64,000 nt of DNA, taken from NCBI GenBank assembly GCA_044226395.1, contig JBGAHD010000004.1, positions 577,961 through 641,960 of the forward strand, written 5' to 3'. Made by a program: the position numbers and the translations under genes. The notes beneath the pieces are model-generated. The model saw only the letters and a list, made by a program, of their open reading frames with translations, was not told the DNA's origin and ran no database searches. The DNA is from Ahniellaceae bacterium (GTDB taxonomy: Bacteria; Pseudomonadota; Gammaproteobacteria; Xanthomonadales; Ahniellaceae). Shown piece by piece: positions 1-9,637 of the stretch; position 1 is the stretch's first letter; the number at the start of each line of letters is the position of its first letter.

Positions 1-7
1 GTCGGCC

Positions 8-1831
8 TCAGCCGGCCTTTTTCCGGGCGATGTAGTCGTCGACCACGCGCTCGAGGATGGACATGGGCATGGCGCCATTGCCCAGCACCACGTCATGGAA
101 CTCGCGGATGTCGAAGCGATCGCCCAGCTGATCGCGCGCGCGCTCGCGCAGTTCCACGATCTTCATCATGCCGACCTTGTAGGCCAGGGCCTGACCCGGG
201 TTGACCAGATACCGCTCGATCTCGGCGGTGACATCGTCATCGCCCATGCCGGTGTTGTCGATCATGTACTGAATCGCCTGCTCGCGCGTCCAGCGCTTGG
301 CGTGCATGCCGGTGTCCACGACCAGGCGCACGGCGCGGAACATCTCGGCCTGCAGGCGCCCCAGGTTGTCGAGCGGGTTCTTTTGGAAGCCCACTTCCCA
401 GGCCAGGCGCTCGGCGTACAGGGCCCAGCCTTCCGAGTACGCGGTGAACGGCACCAGGCGACGGAAGATCGGCAGGCCCTGCAGATCTTGCGCGATGCCG
501 ATCTGGAAGTGATGGCCCGGCACGGCCTCGTGATAGGCCAAGGTGCGCATGCCGAAGCGCGGCAGCTCCTTGACGTTGCGCAGATTGGCGAAGAAGCGTC
601 CGGGACGTTGACCGTCGAGCGAGGCCGGCTCGTAGTAGGCGCCAGGCGCGGTCTTTTCCGCGAACTCCGGCACGCGCACTACTTCCACGGCGTTCTTGGG
701 CCTGAGCGAGAAGTAGGGATCGAGACCCGCGCTGATCTCGTCGATGATCGCCTGATAGTCCTTGAGGATCTGCTCGCGGCCGGCATCGGTGTCGGGATAG
801 AGCTGCTCGGGCGCCTGCGACAACAGACGCACGCGCGCGCCGATCGTGCCTTCGGTGTAGCCGGCGTCGCGCAGGATCTGATCCATTTCGGCGCCGATGC
901 GCGCGACTTCGGCCAGACCCTTGGCGTGGATTTCGTCGGGCGTCATCGTGGTGGTCGTGTTTTCCTCCACGGCAAAGCGGTAGTACGCATCGCCATCGGG
1001 CAGCGACCAGGCGCCGTTGTTGGCCGTGGCCTTGGGCGCGAGCGACTCAAAGTAGCCGATCAACTTGCGATAGGCCGGAAACACCGACTGATCGATCGCC
1101 TGCTCGACTTCGGCCGACAGCGAATCGCGCACCGGCTGGCTCATCTGCTCGGCCGGAATCTTGGCCAGGTGCTCCTGAAAGCTGACATACAGCACATTGG
1201 CCTTCACACCCTTGTCGACGAACTCGCGCATTTGCGTGAGTACTTTCTCGACCACGAACTTCGGCGGAATGATGCCCTTGTCCTCGCGCAAGCGCAGGCC
1301 TTCGATGACTTGATCGAACTTGACCGGGAACTGGCTCAGGCGCGCCACGTAGTCGCGACAGTCGCGTTCGTCCTCGATGCGATGCACTTGCGCCATGAAG
1401 TTCGGCAGCGCGCTCTGCACGCCGAACAGCTGATTGACCGGGAAGTTGTGATAGCGCCACGGCTCGCCCTTGACCTGGGTGCCGAGGAAGTAGTCAAAGA
1501 TGTCGTACGAGAGCCGATCCTGGCCTTGCAGGCTGGAGACGTCGTAGCGGTGCAGCACTTCGTAGTCGCGCTTGAGGCGCGCGAACACGGCGTCATCGTG
1601 CGCGATCGAGGCATCGGTGAGCTTCTTGTTGTGGAAGCGGATGCCCATGCTCTCGGCGATGCCGAGCGAGGACAGCAGCTCCGGATCATCGACGACGAAC
1701 TGCGCGAACACGCGCGTGTACAGCCAGTCGATCTTGAACGGCTTGAAGTACCACACATGCACGAAGAAACCGCCGGCCAGAACCACGGCCAGCAACAACA
1801 AGCGAACGATCCACTTGAACAAGGTTTTCAT
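8..1831 (-). CDS. DUF885 family protein with N-terminal membrane anchor/signal (putative peptidase-like lipoprotein)
   Basis: 607-aa ORF. N-terminal hydrophobic segment. Conserved HEAVPGHHFQ motif typical of DUF885. Paralog of the ORF at 48698..50533. Confidence 0.7.
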   Translation of the reverse strand: MKTLFKWIVRLLLLAVVLAGGFFVHVWYFKPFKIDWLYTRVFAQFVVDDPELLSSLGIAESMGIRFHNKKLTDASIAHDDAVFARLKRDYEVLHRYDVSSLQGQDRLSYDIFDYFLGTQVKGEPWRYHNFPVNQLFGVQSALPNFMAQVHRIEDERDCRDYVARLSQFPVKFDQVIEGLRLREDKGIIPPKFVVEKVLTQMREFVDKGVKANVLYVSFQEHLAKIPAEQMSQPVRDSLSAEVEQAIDQSVFPAYRKLIGYFESLAPKATANNGAWSLPDGDAYYRFAVEENTTTTMTPDEIHAKGLAEVARIGAEMDQILRDAGYTEGTIGARVRLLSQAPEQLYPDTDAGREQILKDYQAIIDEISAGLDPYFSLRPKNAVEVVRVPEFAEKTAPGAYYEPASLDGQRPGRFFANLRNVKELPRFGMRTLAYHEAVPGHHFQIGIAQDLQGLPIFRRLVPFTAYSEGWALYAERLAWEVGFQKNPLDNLGRLQAEMFRAVRLVVDTGMHAKRWTREQAIQYMIDNTGMGDDDVTAEIERYLVNPGQALAYKVGMMKIVELRERARDQLGDRFDIREFHDVVLGNGAMPMSILERVVDDYIARKKAG

Positions 1832-1973
1832 CCAATCCCCCGGGGGCGTGAGAGCCGGCGCACTCTAGCAGCCCGGCCACCGCCGTCGGAACGGCCAAGC
1901 GTCACCCCGGAGCGGCCGGCTATACTGCGCCCGGCCCGGCATCGGCCGGCGCGCATCGATCCCCGGGGTGGGC

Positions 1974-2825
1974 ATGAACTACCGCCACAGCTTTCATGCC
2001 GGCAACTTCGCCGACGTGCTCAAGCACGCGGTCCTGGTGGCCTTGATCGAGTCGCTCAAGGTCAAGCCCACGGGCTTTAGTTACATCGAATCGCACGCGG
2101 GCGCGGGCCGCTACAACCTGGCCGGGCCCGAGGCCAACAAGACCCAGGAATACACCGCCGGCATCGCGCGCCTGCTCGGCGCCTCGCGCTTGCCGAGCCT
2201 GCTGCACATTTACGTCAACCTGGTGCGCTCGCTCAATGCGCGCCATCCCGACGCGCCCCTGCAGGAATATCCCGGCTCGCCCCTGATCGCCAACCTCCTG
2301 CTGCGCGAGGACGATCGCCAGATCCTGTGCGAGCTGCAGGATCAGGAATCGGCGCAGCTGCGCCTGGAATTCGCCGAAGACGCGCGCGTGGCCGTGCATC
2401 AGCGCGACGGCTACGCCGCGCTCAATGCCCTGCTGCCGCCCAAGCCGCGCCGCGGCATGGTGCTGATCGATCCGCCGTTCGAGGCGCAAGAGGCCGAGTT
2501 CGATCGGATCACGCAAGCCCTCAAGCAGGCGCACAAGCGCTGGCCCACGGGCATCTACGCCGTGTGGTATCCGATCAAGCTGCATCAACACGTGACGCCC
2601 TTTCATCGCTGGCTCAAGGGCTCGGGCCTGCGCAAGGTGCTGATCGCGGAGCTGTGCCTGCACACCACGGATTCGGCCCTGCGCCTCAACGGCTGCGGCA
2701 TGGCCATCATCAACGCGCCGTGGAAACTCGATCACGCCCTGGGCGAAATTCTGCCGGCCTTGCTGACCTTGCTCGGCCAAGGCCGCTTCGGTTCGCAGCG
2801 CGTGGAGTGGCTGGTCGAGGACTGA
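1974..2825 (+). CDS. rlmJ: 23S rRNA (adenine2030-N6)-methyltransferase RlmJ
   Basis: N-terminus MNYRHSFHAGNFADVLKH matches the RlmJ/YhiR family signature. Length ~284 aa. ATG at 1974 preferred over the GTG at 1968. Confidence 0.85.
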   Translation: MNYRHSFHAGNFADVLKHAVLVALIESLKVKPTGFSYIESHAGAGRYNLAGPEANKTQEYTAGIARLLGASRLPSLLHIYVNLVRSLNARHPDAPLQEYPGSPLIANLLLREDDRQILCELQDQESAQLRLEFAEDARVAVHQRDGYAALNALLPPKPRRGMVLIDPPFEAQEAEFDRITQALKQAHKRWPTGIYAVWYPIKLHQHVTPFHRWLKGSGLRKVLIAELCLHTTDSALRLNGCGMAIINAPWKLDHALGEILPALLTLLGQGRFGSQRVEWLVED

Positions 2826-2829
2826 GCGA

Positions 2830-3288
2830 TCAGGCCTCTTCGGCGGCGAGATAGGCGCGCGGGTCGTAGCGTTCCATGAAGCGTTCCGGCGCGGCCAAGG
2901 GCGTGAAGCCGTATTGCGCGTAGAGGCCATGCGCGTCGCGCGTGGCCAGCAGCCAGCGACGCAGATGGGTCAGGCGCGGATGATCGAAGACGAAGCGCAT
3001 CAGCCGCTTGCCGACGCCGGCGCCACGCGCCTCGGGCAGCACGAAGACATCGCACAGATACGCGAACGTGGCGCCATCGGTGACCACGCGCGCGAAGCCG
3101 ACCTGACGGCCCTCGCGATACACGCCGCAGCACAACGAGCCCGCGATCGCGCGGCGCAGCACGCGCGGTCCGATGCCGGGCACCCAGTACGATTGATCGC
3201 GCAGAAACTGCAAGATCGTATCGAGGTCCAGACGCGCCGCGTCGTCGGAATACTCGTAGCCATCCTCGATCAGCGCATGCACCGCCAT
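2830..3288 (-). CDS. GNAT family N-acetyltransferase
   Basis: 152 aa. Acetyl-CoA binding-like R/Q-x-x-G-x-G/A region (ARGAGVGKRLM) and a GNAT-like C-terminal motif. Confidence 0.65.
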   Translation of the reverse strand: MAVHALIEDGYEYSDDAARLDLDTILQFLRDQSYWVPGIGPRVLRRAIAGSLCCGVYREGRQVGFARVVTDGATFAYLCDVFVLPEARGAGVGKRLMRFVFDHPRLTHLRRWLLATRDAHGLYAQYGFTPLAAPERFMERYDPRAYLAAEEA

Positions 3289-3388
3289 GGCATCTCCTGA
3301 ACCGGTTCCGCGCGACGCGCGTCACGCGCGTCCTTCCCGCCCCGGCTCGCGGTATAAAGATACCCGACTCCCCGTTGGACCCGGCATC

Positions 3389-3880
3389 ATGATCGCGATG
3401 GTTCGTTTCCTTGTTGGCGCCTTGGCGCTGATCAGCCTCTCGGGCTGCGTCACGCAGCCGCCGCTCGATCCGCAAGGCGTGCGCCCCGAACTGTCGCCCA
3501 TCACCGCCGCCAGCGACGCCGGCGCCGACAACGCGCGCGTGATTTGGGGCGGCATGATCATCAGCGTGCGTAATCTCGCCGACAGTACCGAGATCGAGGC
3601 ACTGGCCTATCCGCTCGACAATCGCCAGCGCCCGTTGCTCAAGGCGCCGACCCAGGGTCGCTTCATCGTGGTGCTGCCGGGCTATGTCGAGGCCTATGAC
3701 TACCCGCAAGGGCGCTTTGCCACATGGCGCGGTCGCGTGATCGGCACGCGCGAAGTCACGCTCGGCGAGCATCCCTATCGCTATGCCCTGATGCGCGCCG
3801 ACGCGGGTCATCTGTGGCCGCAGGGTTTTCAGAACAGTGGCGTGCAGTGGAGCATCGGCGTGGGCGTGGGGGTGCATTGA
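3389..3880 (+). CDS. Slp family outer-membrane lipoprotein
   Basis: Lipoprotein signal MIAMVRFLVGALALISLSGC. Slp-family-like core (VIWGGMIISV ... GRFATWRGRVIG). Start chosen at the internal ATG after the spurious upstream extension. Confidence 0.6.
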   Translation: MIAMVRFLVGALALISLSGCVTQPPLDPQGVRPELSPITAASDAGADNARVIWGGMIISVRNLADSTEIEALAYPLDNRQRPLLKAPTQGRFIVVLPGYVEAYDYPQGRFATWRGRVIGTREVTLGEHPYRYALMRADAGHLWPQGFQNSGVQWSIGVGVGVH

Positions 3881-4818
3881 TGTCGATCACGAGTCTTTTG
3901 TTCGCCGCCGCGCTGGCCGCATCGCCGGCCTCGCCGCCGCCGCGTGAAGTCGCGATCACGATCGACGATCTGCCCTGGGTCGAGTACGACCAGTCCACGC
4001 CGGAAGAGGTCGCTCAACGCCATCGCGCCCTGATGCGCGCCACGCACGGCACGCGCGCGATCGGCTTCGTCAACGAGGACAAGCTCGAAGTCGACGGCCA
4101 GGTCGTGCCCGCGCGCCGCGAGATGATGGAAGACTGGCTGCGCAACGGCCTGAGCCTCGGCAATCACACGTACGGCCATCTGGGACTGCACAGCACGCCG
4201 ATCGCTGACTATGAAACCGCAATCACGCGCGGCGAGCGCGAGCTGCGCCCGATGCTCGCGCGCCATGGCGAGACGCCGCGCTGGTTTCGTCATCCGTATC
4301 TGCAAGCCGGTCGCGATGAAGCCACGCGCGCTGAACTCGATACGTTTCTCGCGGCGCACGGCTACCGCATCGCGCCGGTGACGGTCGACAACGGCGATTG
4401 GGTGTTCGCGCGGGCGTATTTGAATTTGCTCGCGCGCCACGAGGACGCGCGCGCCGAGGCCCTGGTCGACACCTACATCAATTACATGGAAGCGAAATTC
4501 CAGTTCTTCGAACAGAACGCCAAGCGCCTTTTCGGTCGCGAGATCCGGCAGATTCTGCTGATCCACGCCAGCGCCCTCAACGCGCGGGCCTTGCCGCAAT
4601 TGCTCGCGCGATTGCGCGAACGCGGCTACGTCTTCATCGATCTCGATCGCGCCATGGCCGATCCGGCCTACACGCATGCCGATGGTTATCGCGGCGGCGC
4701 GGGCATTTCCTGGCTGCATCGCTGGGCGATGGCGGAAAAGATGCCGCGGACGTTTTACGACAACGAACCGGCGGTGCCGAAGGACGTGCTCGATCTGGCC
4801 GGCGTCGAAGGCGAATGA
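3880..4818 (+). CDS. polysaccharide deacetylase family protein (NodB homology domain)
   Basis: ATGA start/stop overlap with the Slp gene. Signal-like N-terminus. ITIDDLPW and HTYGHLGLH motifs typical of NodB-type deacetylases. Confidence 0.7.
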   Translation: MSITSLLFAAALAASPASPPPREVAITIDDLPWVEYDQSTPEEVAQRHRALMRATHGTRAIGFVNEDKLEVDGQVVPARREMMEDWLRNGLSLGNHTYGHLGLHSTPIADYETAITRGERELRPMLARHGETPRWFRHPYLQAGRDEATRAELDTFLAAHGYRIAPVTVDNGDWVFARAYLNLLARHEDARAEALVDTYINYMEAKFQFFEQNAKRLFGREIRQILLIHASALNARALPQLLARLRERGYVFIDLDRAMADPAYTHADGYRGGAGISWLHRWAMAEKMPRTFYDNEPAVPKDVLDLAGVEGE

Positions 4819-4836
4819 GCGCGCGCTGACCGCGCC

Positions 4837-5307
4837 CTACGCGCGGTGATAGGGATGACCCTGCATCAGGGTCCACGCGCGATACAACTGCTCGGCCAGC
4901 AACACGCGCACCAGGGCATGCGGCAAGGTCAGGTTCGACAACGACCAGCGCTGCTGCGCGCGCGCCATCACCGCGGGCGCGTGACCGTCGGGGCCGCCGA
5001 TGAGCAGCGCCACGTCTTGCCCTTCGCGCGACCAGTGCGCCAACTGGCGTGATAGTTCCACGCTGGTCCAGGCCGCGCCGCGCTCGTCGAGCGCGACCAC
5101 GTGCGCTTGCTTGGGCAAGGCCGCGAGCACGCGCGTGCCTTCGTCGGCGATCGCACGCGCGGGGTCGCTCGAACCCGCGCGCTTGCCGAGCGGCAATTCG
5201 ATCAGTTCCGGCGCGTAAGGCTTGGGCAGACGCTTGACGTAATCGCCATAGGCGTCGCGCACCCAGGCGGGTGGCTTTTCACCGACGGCGATGATGGCGA
5301 TCTTCAT
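4837..5307 (-). CDS. rlmH: 23S rRNA (pseudouridine1915-N3)-methyltransferase RlmH
   Basis: MKIAIIAVGEK N-terminus. ~155 aa SPOUT fold. Conserved position downstream of rsfS. Confidence 0.85.
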   Translation of the reverse strand: MKIAIIAVGEKPPAWVRDAYGDYVKRLPKPYAPELIELPLGKRAGSSDPARAIADEGTRVLAALPKQAHVVALDERGAAWTSVELSRQLAHWSREGQDVALLIGGPDGHAPAVMARAQQRWSLSNLTLPHALVRVLLAEQLYRAWTLMQGHPYHRA

Positions 5308-5449
5308 GCGGACTTCGCTCGACGACGGCACGGGCGAGACGATGACGAGTTCAAGGGCGACGCGACCCCCGCGCGCGATGAACGCGCGCGATCACTCGGA
5401 TGCGCGATCGCGCGCGGCGGCGACGGGCGCCACGCGCGCGATGCGATCG

Positions 5450-6079
5450 CTACAGCGCCTCGTTGGCGGCGGTCGGTTCCTCGCCCACGGTCCACAGGCG
5501 CTCGAGGCCGTAGAACTCGCGAATGCGCGGCAACATCACGTGCACGACAATGTCGCCCAGATCGACCAGGACCCACTCGGCCTCGCGCTCGCCTTCCACG
5601 CCCAGGGGCAACACGCCCGAGCGCTTGGCGAAACGCACCACTTCATCGGCGATGGACTTCACATGCCGCGTCGAGGTGCCGCTGGCGATGATCAGCATGT
5701 CGGTGAACGAGGCCTTGCCGCGCACATCGACTTCCTTCACGTCCTTGGCCTTGAGATCGTCCAGCGCGGTCAGCACTTGCTTGCGCAGTTGCGCCACGAC
5801 GGTGGGCAATTTTCCGGGACCGGCCTGATCGATGATCGACTCGGACGGCGCGGTCTTGGCGGGCGCGGGAGCCTTGGCGGGCTTGGCGGGCTTAGCGAGT
5901 GTGGGTGCCTTGGCGGGCTTGGCGGCCTTGGCGGGCGCGTCGGACTTGCGTGGGGTCTTGACGCCGCGAGCGGGCGCCTTGGCCTTCGGCCGGTCGGCGG
6001 CTTTGGCGCCGGCCTTCTTCGGGGCCCGCTTGGCGGGCGACGCGGACTTCTTGCTGGCTACAGCGGTTTTTTTGACCAA
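5450..6079 (-). CDS. rsfS: ribosomal silencing factor RsfS (Iojap) with Lys/Ala/Pro-rich histone-H1-like N-terminal extension
   Basis: C-terminal ~120 aa align with RsfS (LDDLKAKDV ... GTSTRHVKSIADEVV ... LPLGVEGE ... WVLVDLGDIVVHVM). N-terminal ~85 aa of KPAKA-type repeats use genome-typical codons (AAG/GCC/CCC). No ATG is available; the start is the TTG at 6079 or an internal GTG. Confidence 0.7.
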   Translation of the reverse strand: MVKKTAVASKKSASPAKRAPKKAGAKAADRPKAKAPARGVKTPRKSDAPAKAAKPAKAPTLAKPAKPAKAPAPAKTAPSESIIDQAGPGKLPTVVAQLRKQVLTALDDLKAKDVKEVDVRGKASFTDMLIIASGTSTRHVKSIADEVVRFAKRSGVLPLGVEGEREAEWVLVDLGDIVVHVMLPRIREFYGLERLWTVGEEPTAANEAL

Positions 6080-6459
6080 GTTGGCGTGTGCCTCTCGTCG
6101 GTAGGGGGACGCCCGCGCGCGCGGGCGTGTTCAGTATATGCCGATGCCCGCGATGCGCAAACCCGGCGCGGCCGCGCCCTGATCGCGACCACTTCGACGG
6201 CGTTGACCGCCGCGCGGCGACGTCATGGCGTAATGCGCGCCGCTGAGTGATTCGATACCGCCGTAAGTCGCGCTTATCGCCGCGCGAAATGCCCTTCTCG
6301 CGCGCGCCATCGAAAGCGAAAACTGCGGACCAATCCCCGTTTCAATCGCGCATTGGCGCGCGTAGCATGCCCGGGCCCAGTACGCCCAGGGAGGGCGCGC
6401 GGGTCGCGGAAGGGGTTCCGCGTCACATCCATGTTGAATCATTGAGTGGGGACAATTCG

Positions 6460-7863
6460 ATGCTTCGCAAAACCAAACTCGTGCTTGCCGTATGCCTGGC
6501 CTTCACCGCGATCGACGCGATGGCCACGGGTGAAACCGAAATGGGTTCCGATGTCGTGACCGTCGCGCCGGATTTCGGCGCGCTCGGTGGCGCGCGCTTC
6601 CAGACCACGTCGCCACGCAACGACGTGATCGCGCTGGGCGCGCCCAGCAGCGACGAGATCAACGCGCTGCGCGCGCGTCGTCACTTGCAACTCAAGCAAG
6701 GCGAGCCGCTGGAAGTCGGCATGCCGCGTGAAGTCGGTAGCAAGCAGATGCTCAAGGAGCTTTCCTGGGAATCGCTGCGCGGTGGCAACCTGGGCGCGCG
6801 CTTCGACGTGTCGTCGCAGGGCGCGGCCGCGCTGCGCGCCTCGCTCGCCTTCGAATGGGGCGGACCCGCGCTGCGCTCGCTGCGCGGCGGCAGCAATCCG
6901 CTGCGCGCCCTGCTCGATAAATCGACGTTCCGCTTCCAGGGCAATGGCGAAACCTTCGAAGTGGCCGGTCGCGACATGCTGATCGACGAGGAGAACTGGT
7001 CGCCCGCCGTCAGCGGCGATGCGTTGGCCGTGGAAATCGTACTGCCCAAGGACGCCGATCCGAGTTTTCTGCGCGTGCGCGTCGCGCAGCTGTCGCATCT
7101 GGACATCGACCCCAAGAGCAGTGACAAGGCGATCGCGGCCAAGATCGGCGAGAGCGATTCCTGCGAGCGCGACATCGTCTGTCGCACCAGTCCGCCGTCG
7201 GGCTTCCGCTCCACCGCCGACGCGGTCGCGCGCATGATCTTCACCAAGAGCGGCAGTTCCTATCTGTGCACCGGCACCTTGCTCAACAACAGCAATTCGC
7301 CGCGCAAGCACATGTTCTGGACCGCCAACCACTGCATCAGCACGCAGTCCGTGGCCAATACCTTGCAGACCTACTGGTTCTACGAGGCCACGACCTGCGG
7401 CGGCCTGACCGCGAGTTCACGTCGCACCACGCTGACCGGTGGCGCTTTCCTGCGTCATCACAACACCGCGCGCGACACCTCGCTGCTCGAGCTCAAGACC
7501 ACGCCGCCGACGGGCGCGGTCTACGCCGGCTGGAACTCCGCGGCGATCGCCAGCACCGGCACCGCCATCGAGGGCATCCATCACCCGGCGGGCGACGTGA
7601 AGATGTATTCGCTGGGCACGGTCAACCTGCTCAGCGGCAACATCGACGGCAAGGGCCCGTTCTATCGCGTGGTGTGGTCCACGGGCGTGACCGAGGGCGG
7701 TTCCTCGGGCTCGGGCCTGTTCACGGTCAACGGCTCCGGCGCGTATCAGTTGCGCGGCGGTCTGTACGGTGGCCTGTCTTTCTGCTCGGCGCCAAGCGAT
7801 CCGGACTACTACTCGCGCCTGGCCGATGTGTGGACCAGCATCCAGCCGTACTTGAGTCCGTAA
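6460..7863 (+). CDS. secreted trypsin-like serine peptidase (S1 family)
   Basis: Signal peptide MLRKTKLVLAVCLAFTAIDAMA. Catalytic His context TANHC and Ser context GGSSGSGLF. Start at the ATG at 6460 inside the longer listed ORF. Confidence 0.65.
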   Translation: MLRKTKLVLAVCLAFTAIDAMATGETEMGSDVVTVAPDFGALGGARFQTTSPRNDVIALGAPSSDEINALRARRHLQLKQGEPLEVGMPREVGSKQMLKELSWESLRGGNLGARFDVSSQGAAALRASLAFEWGGPALRSLRGGSNPLRALLDKSTFRFQGNGETFEVAGRDMLIDEENWSPAVSGDALAVEIVLPKDADPSFLRVRVAQLSHLDIDPKSSDKAIAAKIGESDSCERDIVCRTSPPSGFRSTADAVARMIFTKSGSSYLCTGTLLNNSNSPRKHMFWTANHCISTQSVANTLQTYWFYEATTCGGLTASSRRTTLTGGAFLRHHNTARDTSLLELKTTPPTGAVYAGWNSAAIASTGTAIEGIHHPAGDVKMYSLGTVNLLSGNIDGKGPFYRVVWSTGVTEGGSSGSGLFTVNGSGAYQLRGGLYGGLSFCSAPSDPDYYSRLADVWTSIQPYLSP

Positions 7864-7908
7864 ACGAAAGTCGCGCGATCCTCGCGATCGCGCGATGTTG
7901 AAATAAGA

Positions 7909-7940
7909 CGCCACGGCACCTCGCGGTGCCGTGGCGTTTT
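7909..7940. terminator. bidirectional rho-independent terminator between convergent genes
   Basis: Hairpin CGCCACGGCACC-TCGC-GGTGCCGTGGCG followed by TTTT, between the protease (+) and SPFH (-) genes. Confidence 0.5.
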
Positions 7941-7942
7941 CT

Positions 7943-9106
7943 TCACGGCAGGGCCTGCCGCTTCACTTCCTCGAGCACGCCTTCGAGCCCACCGAAGACG
8001 GTCAGCTTGTCGATCTTGCCGGTGACCTTTTCCAAGGTCTCCAACTCCTTCAACCGCATCATCACCGGGCTTGCTTCCATCAAGCGCGCGGTGTTCAACA
8101 GCGAGCGCGTTGCCGCGGTCTCCTCGCGACGACGGATCACGTTGGCCAACGCGGCCTTCTCGGCCTCGACCACCTGGTTCAAGATGGTCTTCATCTCGCC
8201 GGGCAGGATGATGTCGCGCACGCCGACACTGACCAGGGCGATGCCGAACTCGGCGCACTTGCGCGTGGCGTATTCGGCCACCGCCGCGTCCAGCTCGCCC
8301 TTGTTGCCCAACAGCTCGTCCAAGGTGCGCGTGCCCACGGCCTGGCGCAAGCCGAACTGCAGCTCGCGGTACATCGCTTCCTTGTAGTCGCTCAAGCGCG
8401 TGCGGGCCGTCACCGGATCGATCACGCGATAGCTCGCCGACAAGTTCACGCGCAAGGACACCTTGTCCTTGGTCAGGATCTCCTGCCCCTGCACCTCGAC
8501 CGGGGTCAGACGCAAGTCGATCACATCGACCTGCACCTGGCGCTGCGCCTTCCAGAAGCCATGCACGCCCGGCGCCAAGGTCCGCTGCAAGCAGCCGTCG
8601 ATGAACAACAGGCCCACGGCATTTTCCGGCACCTCGCGGCGCAGGATCATGTGGCCGGCATCACGCGTGAGGGTCGTCGAGGCGGCGGTTTGCACCGCGC
8701 GCATCACCGACACCTCGACTTCGGTGACGGCCTCGATATCCACCTTGCGCACCTCCACCGCGACCGCGCCCTTCCAGTACAACTGCCGCGCGCCCGGCAT
8801 CAAGATGCCCGACAGACGACCGTCCTTGTACACCAGGCCAACCTCGTTGGCGCCGACCTCGACGAGCTGCATGTACGGCTCGCACAGCGCCGGATTGTCC
8901 TGGACGTACAGGACCGCGCGCGGATAGTTCACCTCCGGCTCGCCCACGTCGACCACGACGACCGGCGTGCGATTGCGCGGATCCCAGATTGAATAAACAC
9001 CCGGCGCCAGCACCGCGATCAAGCGTCCGTCACGGAACTTGAAGCCACGCTGGAACTGGGCAATGACATAACGCTTGAAACCCAACATTTCCATTTTCCT
9101 TGGCAC
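7943..9106 (-). CDS. SPFH/band-7 (stomatin/flotillin-like) domain protein
   Basis: 387 aa. The central region has typical SPFH sequence (VSLRVNLSASYRVIDPV ... ILPGEMKTILNQVVEAEKAA) with a coiled-coil C-terminus. Confidence 0.8.
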   Translation of the reverse strand: MPRKMEMLGFKRYVIAQFQRGFKFRDGRLIAVLAPGVYSIWDPRNRTPVVVVDVGEPEVNYPRAVLYVQDNPALCEPYMQLVEVGANEVGLVYKDGRLSGILMPGARQLYWKGAVAVEVRKVDIEAVTEVEVSVMRAVQTAASTTLTRDAGHMILRREVPENAVGLLFIDGCLQRTLAPGVHGFWKAQRQVQVDVIDLRLTPVEVQGQEILTKDKVSLRVNLSASYRVIDPVTARTRLSDYKEAMYRELQFGLRQAVGTRTLDELLGNKGELDAAVAEYATRKCAEFGIALVSVGVRDIILPGEMKTILNQVVEAEKAALANVIRRREETAATRSLLNTARLMEASPVMMRLKELETLEKVTGKIDKLTVFGGLEGVLEEVKRQALP

Positions 9107-9519
9107 CGCGGATTAGCGACGACGGATCGCGATGCGGATGCCGTCGCCCTGGACGATCGCTTCGATCGTCCGCCGGACGTCCGCGAATGCGGACGTTTGC
9201 ACGCGCGAAGCCATGAGCTTCGCCAGCACGCGCTCGCGCGCGCGTTAGAAGAAGTCGGTGCCACTCCCGCGATGCCGCGGGGGCATGACCTGTTCACGCG
9301 TGGTGACGCGCGCGATCTCGGACTCGGCATCGGCCCCTGTTCCGAATGCCCTGCCCTCGTCTTGCGCGCCACGCGCGGCCGTGAACCTTCGGCCATGCCC
9401 GCGAAGCGTCATCCCGTCGTGCCTTCGACTTGGATCGCGATTGCCATCGCGACCCCCCGGCACCGAGGGACACCGATGCCCGTGTCGCCACGGGCGGTAC
9501 AGCTAGGCCAGATCTGATC

Positions 9520-9564
9520 TGGTGCGGGATTCGAACCCGCGGGCGGTTGTCCGCCATTACCGTG
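9520..9564 (-). other. tRNA 3'-end-like fragment (T-arm + ACCA), possible att/integration remnant
   Basis: Minus strand reads ...GGCGGACAACCGCC-CGCGGGTTCGAATCCCGC-ACCA. It has a T-loop and a CCA tail but no matching 5' half. A CCAGATC-T-GATCTGG palindrome lies immediately downstream. Confidence 0.35.
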
Positions 9565-9637
9565 TTGTGCAGCCGGACTCGAACCGGCGACAGCTGGATT
9601 ATCAGTCCAGTGCTCTAACCAACTGAGCTATGCGCAC
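9565..9637 (-). tRNA. tRNA-like gene with Ile(GAT)-type anticodon arm but imperfect acceptor stem (possible pseudo-tRNA)
   Basis: Minus strand reads GTGCGCA-TA-GCTCAGTTGGTTAGAGC-A-CTGGA-CTGATAA-TCCAG-CTGTC-GCCGGTTCGAGTCCGGC-TGCACAA. D, anticodon and T arms are canonical. The acceptor has two mismatches and there is no encoded CCA. Confidence 0.4.

Noticed and set aside
95-2080. Long antisense/overlapping ORFs throughout (e.g. 95..2080+, 1920..2930-, 2732..3877-, 3829..4719-, 12677..15229+, 23031..26015+, 26527..28267, 28259..30094+, 30312..31511-, 58198..59622+, 60145..63105-)
   Set aside because: They are typical of high-GC DNA. They lie opposite or out of frame to ORFs with clear family signatures (leuS, kdp genes, rapA, etc.) and have Arg/Ala/Gly-rich composition.
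9113-9214. 33-aa minus-strand ORF just upstream of the SPFH gene (MASRVQTSAFADVRRTIEAIVQGDGIRIAIRRR), considered as an NfeD-like partner
   Set aside because: It is too short, has no TM or OB-fold features expected of NfeD, and has no RBS. It is probably non-coding leader.
9520-9637. Single long class-II tRNA, tRNA-Sec or intron-containing tRNA interpretation of the 118-nt tRNA-like stretch
   Set aside because: The anticodon arm is followed directly by a short variable loop and a canonical T-arm. The extra 45 nt form a second T-arm+CCA and not a long variable arm. There is no intron-like structure.
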